A stretch of 64,000 bases of DNA from Candidatus Magasanikiibacteriota bacterium. Lineage in GTDB: Bacteria; Patescibacteriota; Patescibacteriia; Magasanikbacterales; UBA922. This document shows, in pieces, positions 1-9,577 of the stretch (within the stretch, counting starts at the first letter, position 1; each line of letters opens with the position of its first letter). The position numbers were made by a program, and so were the translations under genes. The stretch lies in assembly GCA_041675185.1 (NCBI GenBank), contig JBAYUH010000002.1, positions 1,052-65,051 of the forward strand, given 5' to 3'. The notes beneath the pieces were generated by a model that saw only the letters and a program-made list of their open reading frames with translations, had not been told where the DNA came from and searched no databases.

Positions 1-1
1 T

Positions 2-601
2 CCCGAAATAACCGAAAAAATACAAGATGCACCACCAAGAGTAAAAACCGCCAAAAAATACAAAGAGGACAATTTACTAGTCTTTATTAGAAAGTCTGGA
101 AATCTTTATTCCAGAAGTATTAATAATGAAAATAACAAAATTATTGAACATGCAAATTTTGCTGACGTTTTGGAAATGATCAAATGTAAATACGAAGAAA
201 AAAGACAAGATTTATCCGAAACATTTTGGGAGCAATATGTGCAAATTCGTGATCACAATGACAAAGCTAATATACCAACCGGTGAAAATAGTATCGAAAG
301 ACAATCTCTAAATGTTTTACAAGGTTTTGATAGTAATCCACCAGCTAATTTCAATCGGTATCGAAAATTTTTATCTACTCTTTTGGAAGATGCGGCAGAT
401 TATCAAACTCTATCTAAATATACAATGCGTAGAATTGCCAACCTAGATTTTTCTACTAAAAAAGATAAAGAAATAGAAGCAACTAAAAAAGAACTAGATA
501 ATATGATGTTTGAACTTGGTGGAGATAATTATTTAGATGAAATAAAGAAAAAAGGTGATCCACAAAAAGAAGTAATTATTGCGATTGAAAACATAAAATA
601 A
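2..601 (+). CDS. C-terminal part of a large protein, probably the helicase (PLD/SNF2-type) partner of the downstream methyltransferase; truncated by the window edge
   Basis: Frame is open from base 2 (PEITEKIQDAPPRVKTAKK...) to TAA at 601 and abuts the MTase start at 603. Identity inferred from context only; no helicase motifs lie in the visible part. Confidence 0.45.
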   Translation, partial: PEITEKIQDAPPRVKTAKKYKEDNLLVFIRKSGNLYSRSINNENNKIIEHANFADVLEMIKCKYEEKRQDLSETFWEQYVQIRDHNDKANIPTGENSIERQSLNVLQGFDSNPPANFNRYRKFLSTLLEDAADYQTLSKYTMRRIANLDFSTKKDKEIEATKKELDNMMFELGGDNYLDEIKKKGDPQKEVIIAIENIK

Positions 602-602
602 T

Positions 603-3600
603 ATGCCAAAACAGATATTGCAAGACATTATAAACGATTTTTCCTTAGAAAAATTTAATTCTTTTTTTCGTGAAAAATCTGATAAATATAGAGATTTAGA
701 TGAAAGACTATCCAAATATGACAAGGATATTTTTTCTAATTCTACCCGTCTAGGTGTCATAGATTTTGGCGGTCGTACCAAAGATGTGGCTGTAATAGCT
801 GTACAAGTAGCAAAAGATTTAACTGAAAGAACTAGTAAAAAAGCCCAATATGATTTTGCCAAAAATTTATTAAAGCAAGAAGATAAATATGAAGCCGGCA
901 TATTTATTTTTTATGACACAACTGGTAATTTTCGTTTTTCGTTAATTTATCCACAATACCAAGGTAAAAATAGAGTTTGGAATAATTTTAAAAGATTTAC
1001 TCATTTTGTAAGCAAAAAATTGACCAATAAAACTTTTATTACACAGATTGGTAATGGTAATTTTGAAAACATAAATACATTGAAAGAATCATTTAGTGTA
1101 GAAAAAGTTACTAAGGAATTTTTTGCAAACTATAAAAAACTATTTGATAATTTAACAGCACATTTAAACAGTGATGCCTATTTCGACAATTTCGCTAGAA
1201 AAAATGGAATAGATTTAAATATTTTTGCCAAGAAAATTTTGGGTCAAATTGTATTTATTTATTTTTTACAAAAAAGAGGTTGGTTGGGTGCTGAAAAAAA
1301 TAAGCCAGTCGATACTGGTACTATTACCTTTTTAAGAGATCTTTATAATAAATGTGAATCTGATAACAAAAATTATTTTAATGATGTTTTAGAATATTTA
1401 TTCTATGATGCTCTAAACAAAAGACCAGAAAAAATAATTGGTTTTTATAGAGAATATTTTGATTGTCAAATTCCATTTTTAAATGGTGGTTTGTTTGAAC
1501 CGATAAATAATTATAATTGGAAACAAGAATTTTTAAATATTCCAAATAAAATTTTTTCTAACAAGCAAGAAAATGGAATTTTGGATATTTTTGACCAGTA
1601 CAACTTTACTATAGATGAAAATGACAACAGTGATCAAGAAGTGTCTGTTGACCCTGAGATGCTTGGAAAAGTATTTGAAAATTTATTACCAGAAAATATT
1701 CGTAAAGGTCAAGGCGCTTTTTATACACCACGAGAAATAGTTCATTACATGTGTAAAGAAAGTCTTATAAACTATCTTACTAATGAACTTGGTGCAAATG
1801 AAAAGACTGTACGTGATTTTTATGAATGGGATACCTCACCCTTAGACCATTCTGATTTAGAAAATGATGAAAAGGCACAGAAAAAAGTGTTTACATATTG
1901 GGTTTCTGAATTTGATGAATTAATGCCAAAAATGAAGACAGCGTTGCAAAATATAAAGATTGTGGACCCAGCTTGTGGTTCCGGTGCTTTTCTTATTGGC
2001 ATGTTGCAAGAAATTTTAATGTTAAGACATAAAATAAGCATGATATTAGATGAAAAATTTTCAGGCTATGAAGTAAAAAAAGACACAATTCAGAATTGTA
2101 TTTATGGCGTGGATATTGATCCTGGCGCAGTAGATATTGCTAAACTAAGATTATGGCTATCTATTGTGGTAGAACATGATATATCTGAAATAGAACCGCT
2201 ACCAAATTTAGATTATAAAATAATGCAAGGTAATAGTTTGTTAGAAAATTTGATTATTGGTGATAGTGTTATTTCTCTAAATCTTGATGGTAACAAAAAA
2301 ATAGATGGCAGGACAAAGGAGATGAAAAATCTTTTTGACACAAACGATCAAAGTAGAATGACTTTATTTACAGATGAAAAAGCAGTTGCATCTTCCGTAG
2401 ATCAATTAGAAAAACTTCATTCAGTTTTTTTTACTGAGAGCGATCCAGATAAAAAGAAAATTTTAAAAACAAAAATAGACAGCAAAGAAATTGAATTGGT
2501 AGAAAATGCTTGTAAAAATGAAATCACCATATTAGACAATAGAATAAAAAAAGATTTTGAAGATAAAAAGAAATTGCAAAAATATACTGAACAAATTTTG
2601 AATATTAAAAAAGTTTTAAATCAGTTAAAGAAAGATGGGGTTAGACCTTTTTTTCCATGGCATTTACATTTTAGCGATGTTTTCAAAGAAAAAGGTGGGT
2701 TTGATGTGGTAATTGGAAATCCACCATATGGATTTAGGGATGTTTTAACGAATGAAGAGAAAATATATTTTAGAAAAATTGAAAATATCGAATTTAGTAG
2801 TGGTGATGTCGCAGAGCTTTTTTGCAAAAAATCCTTTGATAATTTAGTTGTTAAAAGTGGTATTCTATCATTTATAATCCCCAAAAAATGTACCTATGGT
2901 GATTCATGGGATGGTTGGCGTGTTAATTATTTCCAAAAATATGATCTTCACTTTATTTTAGATTCTGGCAAAGCATTCGATCGAGTTTTACTAGAACAAA
3001 CCGCCTTTGGTCTTGCCAAAAGAAACCAAAGTGGCGATATTCAACTGTGTTTTTTAGATAACAAAATGGACAAAATACATTTATTTGCAAGATCATTAAA
3101 AGAAAAAATATTTAAATCAAACAATACTATACAAATTTATCTTGAATATTTTCCTCGAAGTATATTTGAAAAAATAGTCGCTAAATCAACACCTGAAACT
3201 TTAGTTACTGGAGATTTGGGATTAGGAATTGGTACAGAATTTTTTTCAGATGAAAAAACTGAATATAAATTATTAAAAGGAATAGATATTAGCAGGTGGC
3301 AAGTTCGAAGCCATCGCTTCCTAAAAAATAAAGAGAAACTAAATTGGAATAATGCTAAAAGATTTTTGAGAGCGAAAGTGTTGTGCCAAAGACTGATAGC
3401 TCACATCGAAAATCCAATCCCCCACATAAAAGTGACTGCTTGCTTCGATTCTGAAGGTATAATCATTACTAACACACTAACTGCTTTCAAACTTGATGCT
3501 TCAATAAATGAAAAATTTTGGCTAGGTTATTTAAACTCAAGTTTAGTGAACTGGTTTATATATAATTTTATTTATGGACGCGCAATAAGAGGGATGGATT

Positions 3601-3827
3601 TTTATAGTTTTTATATCGAACAAATTCCTATACCCAAAATTTCTAAAGACCAACAAACGAGTTTTATTGAAATTGTCGATAAAATTCTCACTATTACCTC
3701 AGCCACTAATTATGATCCTAAGAATACACCAATAAAACAAAAAGAATTGGAAAAACAAATTGATGAGCTAGTTTATAAACTCTACAACTTAACAGAAGAA
3801 GAAATAAAAACAATTGAAACGTGTTAA
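603..3827 (+). CDS. Type IIG/Eco57I-like N6-adenine DNA methyltransferase with C-terminal TaqI-like target-recognition domain
   Basis: Motif X GAFYTPREIV, motif I IVDPACGSGAF, GVDID, motif IV FDVVIGNPPY; C-terminal IDELVYKLYNLTEEEI tail typical of this class. Confidence 0.9.
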   Translation: MPKQILQDIINDFSLEKFNSFFREKSDKYRDLDERLSKYDKDIFSNSTRLGVIDFGGRTKDVAVIAVQVAKDLTERTSKKAQYDFAKNLLKQEDKYEAGIFIFYDTTGNFRFSLIYPQYQGKNRVWNNFKRFTHFVSKKLTNKTFITQIGNGNFENINTLKESFSVEKVTKEFFANYKKLFDNLTAHLNSDAYFDNFARKNGIDLNIFAKKILGQIVFIYFLQKRGWLGAEKNKPVDTGTITFLRDLYNKCESDNKNYFNDVLEYLFYDALNKRPEKIIGFYREYFDCQIPFLNGGLFEPINNYNWKQEFLNIPNKIFSNKQENGILDIFDQYNFTIDENDNSDQEVSVDPEMLGKVFENLLPENIRKGQGAFYTPREIVHYMCKESLINYLTNELGANEKTVRDFYEWDTSPLDHSDLENDEKAQKKVFTYWVSEFDELMPKMKTALQNIKIVDPACGSGAFLIGMLQEILMLRHKISMILDEKFSGYEVKKDTIQNCIYGVDIDPGAVDIAKLRLWLSIVVEHDISEIEPLPNLDYKIMQGNSLLENLIIGDSVISLNLDGNKKIDGRTKEMKNLFDTNDQSRMTLFTDEKAVASSVDQLEKLHSVFFTESDPDKKKILKTKIDSKEIELVENACKNEITILDNRIKKDFEDKKKLQKYTEQILNIKKVLNQLKKDGVRPFFPWHLHFSDVFKEKGGFDVVIGNPPYGFRDVLTNEEKIYFRKIENIEFSSGDVAELFCKKSFDNLVVKSGILSFIIPKKCTYGDSWDGWRVNYFQKYDLHFILDSGKAFDRVLLEQTAFGLAKRNQSGDIQLCFLDNKMDKIHLFARSLKEKIFKSNNTIQIYLEYFPRSIFEKIVAKSTPETLVTGDLGLGIGTEFFSDEKTEYKLLKGIDISRWQVRSHRFLKNKEKLNWNNAKRFLRAKVLCQRLIAHIENPIPHIKVTACFDSEGIIITNTLTAFKLDASINEKFWLGYLNSSLVNWFIYNFIYGRAIRGMDFYSFYIEQIPIPKISKDQQTSFIEIVDKILTITSATNYDPKNTPIKQKELEKQIDELVYKLYNLTEEEIKTIETC

Positions 3828-3834
3828 TAATTTT

Positions 3835-4104
3835 ATGAGTAATTTTTCACCAAAACTTGAAGACGCAACAGACGAGAAATTGATGTACATGATTAACGAA
3901 TTAGATTTTCGGGTTGTTCCACTTGCTTCTGATGAGTTGACGAGGCGCCATTTGGGAAAATTAAGAGAAAATATTGAAAAATTTAACGAACAATCATCAA
4001 AACAGACAAATAAAATGATTCGATTGACCTGGGTAATTGTTTTGTTAACTGTTGTAATGGTTTTTGGCTTAGGTCTACAAATATATTTAGCAATTTATGA
4101 TTAA
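3835..4104 (+). CDS. Small hypothetical protein with C-terminal transmembrane helix
   Basis: ATG at 3835 just after the MTase stop; hydrophobic LTWVIVLLTVVMVFGLGLQIYLA. Confidence 0.55.
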   Translation: MSNFSPKLEDATDEKLMYMINELDFRVVPLASDELTRRHLGKLRENIEKFNEQSSKQTNKMIRLTWVIVLLTVVMVFGLGLQIYLAIYD

Positions 4105-4115
4105 CAAAATATACT

Positions 4116-4400
4116 ATGCCTAAAAAAGAAGATAATAAAACAATTGGTATTAGAATAAGATTTTGGACTAATGATTTACCCGGTAAAGTTGGGAAAGATC
4201 ACAAACAAACTCCATGCTGGAGTTGTGGTGTGGTTATTATAGAAGCTAATAGAACAAAAGGTATTTCATCAGATAGTGAGGTATTCCATTATGTTGATGA
4301 CATTCCAAGAGCTGTTAAAGAAGTAATGAAAAGAGCGAAAATTGCTGTAGTGGAAAATGTGGCTAGTACTGACAGAGCAAAAAAGAGGATAGGAAAATAA
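4116..4400 (+). CDS. Hypothetical protein, 94 aa
   Basis: ORF tightly spaced in the co-directional run; no recognisable motif. Confidence 0.55.
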   Translation: MPKKEDNKTIGIRIRFWTNDLPGKVGKDHKQTPCWSCGVVIIEANRTKGISSDSEVFHYVDDIPRAVKEVMKRAKIAVVENVASTDRAKKRIGK

Positions 4401-4467
4401 TAAATACCTCAGTGGATGTCATTAGTGTTTATGAGTTTTTAAAAAAATATAATTTTATTTTTATATT

Positions 4468-5298
4468 ATGCAAAAACAATTTTTAGTAGGTAGATACTAT
4501 TTCGACACGCTTTTTCGGGATGAAGCTAATAAGTCATTTATTTCTGATTTAACAAAGAAGCCTACTTTTGAAGAAGGTAATATTGGATATGCTTTAGCAA
4601 ATACATCTTTCGAGAAGGTGGGTGAAAGTAAGGAAAGCTTTTTGAGAGGAACATTCGCTAAATTTAAAATTAAGGATTATTACAAAAAATATCTCAAAAA
4701 AGAAAATGGCTTTCAAGAATCCATAACGGATAACAAAGTTGAATCTCAAATTGAATTTTTTCTCCACCATCCGTCCCATCTTATTTTTATTGAAAAATCT
4801 TCACAAATAAGAGAAAATATTTTTAAAAATAAATTCATTAAAATTTACGAAAAAAATACCTCAGTCACCAAGCCAAATATGGGTCTTGATTTTTTATTTG
4901 ATGAAAAAGATGTATATGAAGAAATAAAAAGTTGGGATAGAATAGTTAAAGCTAAATTTAATGATTTACGACCATCTAACCCGCGAATGGATCCACACTT
5001 TGAAAAAATTGAGGAATTATTAAAGGAAACAAAAAGTGATCGTTCTAAATTAGAATTTAAAATTGATGATCCAGATAGCACTAATTCCCTCGATTCAGAA
5101 AGTGTACTTATTAAACAAGCTCTCGCTTTGTCATCATATGGATATGGGAATGCAAATTTTGATGGGTTTAAAGGTAAAAATACAACTAATATCAAAACAA
5201 AAAAGTTTGTTAAATCAGTAAAACTTGATTTTGATTCAGAAACTCCCTTTAGTGTTGTAATAGATTTTATTGAAAAAGACGAAAAAGGAGAAATGTGA
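4468..5298 (+). CDS. Hypothetical soluble protein (DUF4747-like), candidate defence component
   Basis: 276-aa ORF with LRPSNP motif and GYG near the C-terminus; family resemblance from memory only. Confidence 0.55.
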   Translation: MQKQFLVGRYYFDTLFRDEANKSFISDLTKKPTFEEGNIGYALANTSFEKVGESKESFLRGTFAKFKIKDYYKKYLKKENGFQESITDNKVESQIEFFLHHPSHLIFIEKSSQIRENIFKNKFIKIYEKNTSVTKPNMGLDFLFDEKDVYEEIKSWDRIVKAKFNDLRPSNPRMDPHFEKIEELLKETKSDRSKLEFKIDDPDSTNSLDSESVLIKQALALSSYGYGNANFDGFKGKNTTNIKTKKFVKSVKLDFDSETPFSVVIDFIEKDEKGEM

Positions 5299-5311
5299 TA
5301 TAATACTAGAT

Positions 5312-5842
5312 ATGAGTACTAATCTTGAAAAAAAATTTGGGTTTTTCTCAAAGATGTTCCAATTTGGTATTGGTAATATTTTTATTTCCCTTGATTTTTT
5401 TGTTGCTTTTTTAGTACTAATACTTTTATTTATTGATAATCACTTTAATTTAAAAATTTTTATTTCGATTGCAGAGGAAAGAAATGCCTATGTTCAGGTT
5501 ATTTTAAGTGCTTCTTCGATTCTTTTTGCACTCATTACCACTGCATTATCTATTATTTTATCTTTCTCAACTAGTAACTTTATCAAATTTTTAAAGAAAA
5601 AAGACATGCTAGATAGCGTACTTTTCCCTTTTTGGTTAGGAAATGCAATTTATCTTTTTACTATAATACTTTCCATTGTATATCTTCTACTAGAGCCGGC
5701 GACATGGATAAAAATAATACCATTTTTATTCATGTTTATAATTTTTTTGTTTATATATGCTATTGGTATTACTTTTTCCTTATTACGAACCATAATTCGT
5801 ATTGGTGAATGGATAGCTCAAAATGATGAAGATTTGGCGTAA
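5312..5842 (+). CDS. Four-TM membrane protein, paired with the upstream ORF
   Basis: Four hydrophobic segments; ATG at 5312 is 13 nt after the upstream TGA. Confidence 0.7.
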   Translation: MSTNLEKKFGFFSKMFQFGIGNIFISLDFFVAFLVLILLFIDNHFNLKIFISIAEERNAYVQVILSASSILFALITTALSIILSFSTSNFIKFLKKKDMLDSVLFPFWLGNAIYLFTIILSIVYLLLEPATWIKIIPFLFMFIIFLFIYAIGITFSLLRTIIRIGEWIAQNDEDLA

Positions 5843-5997
5843 CGTCTTATTCAGTTCGAACAAAACGATATGGCTACAGGGGACATTCTCCCCTTTAATT
5901 CCCCTCTGTCCCCTTCCGCTATATTGACGAACGCCCCCCCCCCCTTCCCCTCTTTAATAAAATGGTAAAAACAAAAGACGAAAAAATAATTTACATC

Positions 5998-6095
5998 TGA
6001 TAACAGCCGATATATGATTACGCTCCCCACTAACGTGCGGTCGCTCCATCCATATCCCGTATTCTCGGGACATCATATATCGGCGTACGTTAGCT
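5998..6095. repeat. attC-like imperfect palindrome (candidate site-specific recombination site)
   Basis: TAAC at 6001-6004 and GTTAGCT at 6089-6095 enclose a perfect 13-bp inverted repeat GCCGATATATGAT (6006-6018) / ATCATATATCGGC (6072-6084) with asymmetric spacers. Confidence 0.6.
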
Positions 6096-6200
6096 GAAAT
6101 AAAATTTTTACACTTTTTGTTTTTTGTGATTGAGTGATTGGCGAGGGCGAGGCTTTTATCTCTTTTATTCCTATCTTCCCTACCAAAAAAGCACTTTCCT

Positions 6201-6251
6201 TTGCGCGTATCTTGCGCGTATCTTGCGCGAACCGCTGTTTTGTGATATAAT
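6201..6251 (+). promoter_or_regulatory. Fic promoter with 11-bp direct repeats (candidate operator)
   Basis: TTGCGCGTATC x2 plus a partial third copy; the third TTGCGC (6223-6228) is 17 bp from TATAAT (6246-6251). Confidence 0.65.
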
Positions 6252-6278
6252 ACTGGTGTAACTTAAAAAACATATAAT

Positions 6279-7334
6279 ATGTTTAATCCTAAATACAAGC
6301 ACACTAATAAAATTTTACTCGACCTCACTGCTATCGCCGAGGCCAAGGGCATTATTGACCGTGCCAAAATTTTACCACAACAAGAAATAAAACTACGTCG
6401 ACAAGCCATTATCCGTATGACCCACCACTCTACCGAGATTGAAGGCAATAAATTAAATATGGGGCAGGTGGAAGCACTTTATGCTAAGAAAAAAGTAGAT
6501 GCGCCAGACAGGGATATTTACGAAGTAAAAAATTATCTCAACGCTTTAAAATTTATTGAAAAAGTTGTAATTGAACATAAACCAATAACTAAAAAAATAA
6601 TTTTAAAAATACATAAATTAGTCGCTGATAAAACTTTGGCACCGCAATATTGTGGGCATTTCCGCCCAGGACCAATTTATGTGGTTCGTCGACGTTTGGG
6701 CATGCCACAAGAAACTCTATACACCGGACCAGAAGCCAAGCGCGTGCCACAGCTTATAACCGAATTTATCGCATGGCTTAAAGAAAGCGAAAAACAAGAA
6801 ATAAGTCCAGTACTTGTAGCTGCTATTGCTCACATGGAAATCGCCGCTATTCACCCTTTTAACGACGGCAACGGTCGTACAGCTCGCGCTTTAGCCACTT
6901 TGATTCTTTACCAGCGTGGATACGATTTTCGTCGATTATTTGCATTGGAAGATTTTTATAATACTGACCGACCATCATATTACAAGGCCATCAACTTGGG
7001 TAAAACTTATGATGAACGACGTACAGACATTACATCGTGGTTAGAATATTTCGTAAAAGGATTTAAGAAAGAAATTGATGAGGTAAAAAACAAAGTCTTG
7101 CCATTATCTACTCGCAATGTTGACGGGAAAATTAAATCACAAATTTATCTCACTCCAGAACAATTAAAAATTATTGACTTCTTAGATCAAGTTGGAAGAA
7201 TTGTTGTAAAAGATGTCGAGGACATTTTATCTTGTCCACGCCGATCTGCACAGTTACAATTACAAAAATTAAAGAAAATTAAAATGATTAAAGCGATGGG
7301 TAAAGGAAAAACCACCGCCTACATTGCCAACTAA
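6279..7334 (+). CDS. Fic family protein (class II, N-terminal inhibitory motif) with probable C-terminal winged HTH
   Basis: Canonical HPFNDGNGRTAR; inhibitory STEIEGN; C-terminal VKDVEDILSCPRRSAQLQLQKL...GKGKTTAY. Confidence 0.93.
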   Translation: MFNPKYKHTNKILLDLTAIAEAKGIIDRAKILPQQEIKLRRQAIIRMTHHSTEIEGNKLNMGQVEALYAKKKVDAPDRDIYEVKNYLNALKFIEKVVIEHKPITKKIILKIHKLVADKTLAPQYCGHFRPGPIYVVRRRLGMPQETLYTGPEAKRVPQLITEFIAWLKESEKQEISPVLVAAIAHMEIAAIHPFNDGNGRTARALATLILYQRGYDFRRLFALEDFYNTDRPSYYKAINLGKTYDERRTDITSWLEYFVKGFKKEIDEVKNKVLPLSTRNVDGKIKSQIYLTPEQLKIIDFLDQVGRIVVKDVEDILSCPRRSAQLQLQKLKKIKMIKAMGKGKTTAYIAN

Positions 7335-7353
7335 TAAAGCAATACAGCTACAT

Positions 7354-7818
7354 ATGAACTACAAACACACTCAAATTGGTTACCTGATGCTGGTTGTTAC
7401 GCTGGCCGTGCTGGTGATTTTCGTAAGATCTCATATCATGTCCGCCTCCGAGGTCCCTTCGGTTGATTCAGGCACAAATTTTGCAGTTACTTCCATAATG
7501 ACATTAATTCTATTTATTCTTACTTCCTTTGGGTCGCTTCAAGTAATTATTGACGAAAAATATTTACGAATCAAATTTGGCTATGGTATTTATCATAAAA
7601 AGTTTTCACTTGATGATATAATGTCTGCCAAAACCGTAAAGAATCATTGGTATTATGGATGGGGAATAAGAAGATGGTTGTGGCCAAAGATGTGGATTTA
7701 CAATGTTTCTGGTTTTGATGCGGTAGAAATAAAACTGAAAAATGGTAAAACGTACAGGATAGGCACCGATGAACCAAAAAAATTAGAACAAACAATTATT
7801 CATTCAATTAAATTATGA
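7354..7818 (+). CDS. Membrane protein, two TM helices plus PH-like C-terminal domain
   Basis: Two hydrophobic helices, then YGWGIR and RIGTDEP motifs; ATG at 7354. Confidence 0.65.
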   Translation: MNYKHTQIGYLMLVVTLAVLVIFVRSHIMSASEVPSVDSGTNFAVTSIMTLILFILTSFGSLQVIIDEKYLRIKFGYGIYHKKFSLDDIMSAKTVKNHWYYGWGIRRWLWPKMWIYNVSGFDAVEIKLKNGKTYRIGTDEPKKLEQTIIHSIKL

Positions 7819-8081
7819 AAATTTTTATCGCTTCATTCATCACTATTTTTTTGGCAGAACTTGGTGACAAAACACAAATTGCCACATTATTATTTGCAGC
7901 AAACAAAGATCATTCCAAGCTAATAATCTTCCTTGGTGCAGCTTCAGCATTAGTCTTGACCAGTGCGATTGGTGTGCTGCTTGGAAGTACTTTATCTAAC
8001 TTTATAGATGAAAAAACACTAAAAATTATTGGCGGTGTAGGATTTCTTATTGTAGGTGTCTGGACAATTCTTTCGAAATAA
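7815..8081 (+). CDS. TMEM165/GDT1 (UPF0016) family cation transporter, single-domain form
   Basis: Signature ELGDKTQ, three TM helices. Confidence 0.9.
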   Translation: MKIFIASFITIFLAELGDKTQIATLLFAANKDHSKLIIFLGAASALVLTSAIGVLLGSTLSNFIDEKTLKIIGGVGFLIVGVWTILSK

Positions 8082-8119
8082 ATAAAAACATAATTTATAT
8101 AATCAATAACTACAGATAT

Positions 8120-8509
8120 ATGTTCAAAGAATTCAAAGAATTTGCAATAAAAGGCAACATGATCGACATGGCTGTCGGTATCATTATAGGATCTGCTTTT
8201 GGAAAAATCGTAAGCTCTCTCGTGAAAGACATTATTATGCCACCAATTGGAGTATTGTTGGGTGGTATAGACTTCTCCAACTTAGTCGTAACACTCAAAC
8301 AAGCTACCGAAACAACTGAAGCCGTAACTCTAAACTACGGAATGTTTGTCAACACAATAATTGATTTTTTGATAATTGCTTTTACTATATTTATAGTAGT
8401 CAAACAAATTAATAAATTAAAAAAGAAGAAAGAAGAAAAAAAGACAGACAAGACAACCGAAGAAGTACTACTTCTCAGAGAAATTAGAGATCAACTAAAA
8501 ACAAAATAA
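8120..8509 (+). CDS. mscL: Large-conductance mechanosensitive channel
   Basis: [24 protein letters not shown]; C-terminal LLREIRD. Confidence 0.97.
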   Translation: MFKEFKEFAIKGNMIDMAVGIIIGSAFGKIVSSLVKDIIMPPIGVLLGGIDFSNLVVTLKQATETTEAVTLNYGMFVNTIIDFLIIAFTIFIVVKQINKLKKKKEEKKTDKTTEEVLLLREIRDQLKTK

Positions 8510-8763
8510 AATCACAACAGCTAAATAGCTCAAATCTGTTGGTTCAAGATTGTTCAAAGGCAGATATTCATCCATATTTTGCGTTACTACCTACATACCA
8601 ACAAACACTTCACAAAACAACAGACACACAAATAAAATAAAAATAAATTATTATATTTTTGTTTTTTATAATTGAGCAATCAAAACGATTTGCTATTGCT
8701 AAATTGTCAAAATAGGAATAATATACCTATAGTTAAAGACCTTAATTAACTTAATACGATTAT

Positions 8764-9531
8764 ATGAAAACACGAACAAGCATTTTATTATTTTCTTTTG
8801 TAGCAGGTATTACTTTATTAGGTGCTGGTTGTACCAACAACACTGATATTGTCATCCCTCCAGAAACAGCAACACAACCAACTGCTATTCAAAACAACCC
8901 AACACCACAACCAATAGTTAAACCATACATAAAAGTAATCTACCCAAATGGCAACGAAATATTTAACCCAGGACAAATCGTTACCATAAAATGGGATTCA
9001 GATGGCGTTGACAAAATCTATTTAAGTATGGTAAACGGAGGGAAAGAATTTGGACAAATCGCAGAAAACAGTATTGATGCCAGTCTCAAAGAATATACCT
9101 GGACAGTACCTGACAATTTCGCAGGAGTAGAGTCTGGATACAAAATATTTATTAGTAATAACTCTGTAAACGAAGATATTCGTGATTCTTCTAACGGAAC
9201 ATTTAGTATTAAATCTGCTCCAGTTGCTGTCCAACCATTCTTAAAATTAACAGCACCGACAGGCGATCAACAATTTAAAATTGGTCAGAAAGTAACTATC
9301 AGTTGGACATCCAGTGGTGTAAACAAAGTTTATCTTAGTCTTGTCAACGGCGGGAAAGAATTTGGACAGATCACAGAAAACGGTATTGATGCCTCACTTG
9401 GCAAATATGAATGGACTGTCCCAGACATGTCGGACTTGGGCACAACTGGTTACAAAATTTTCATAACCAACAATGAAGCAGTCAATGAATTACGCGACTC
9501 ATCTTCTGTATCATTTTCGATTGTTAAATAA
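8764..9531 (+). CDS. Lipoprotein with two tandem Ig-like repeats
   Basis: Lipobox LLGAGC, Pro/Thr linker, two copies of VTIxW..GVxKxYLSxVNGGKEFGQI.EN.IDASL..Y.WTVPD. Confidence 0.8.
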   Translation: MKTRTSILLFSFVAGITLLGAGCTNNTDIVIPPETATQPTAIQNNPTPQPIVKPYIKVIYPNGNEIFNPGQIVTIKWDSDGVDKIYLSMVNGGKEFGQIAENSIDASLKEYTWTVPDNFAGVESGYKIFISNNSVNEDIRDSSNGTFSIKSAPVAVQPFLKLTAPTGDQQFKIGQKVTISWTSSGVNKVYLSLVNGGKEFGQITENGIDASLGKYEWTVPDMSDLGTTGYKIFITNNEAVNELRDSSSVSFSIVK

Positions 9532-9577
9532 TACAATTGTATATTCATAAATCACCAATTCATAAACATAAAAATAT

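Noticed and set aside
6073-6273. 66-aa minus-strand ORF upstream of the Fic gene
   Set aside because: TTG start, spans the Fic promoter repeats and the attC-like arm, no recognisable motif
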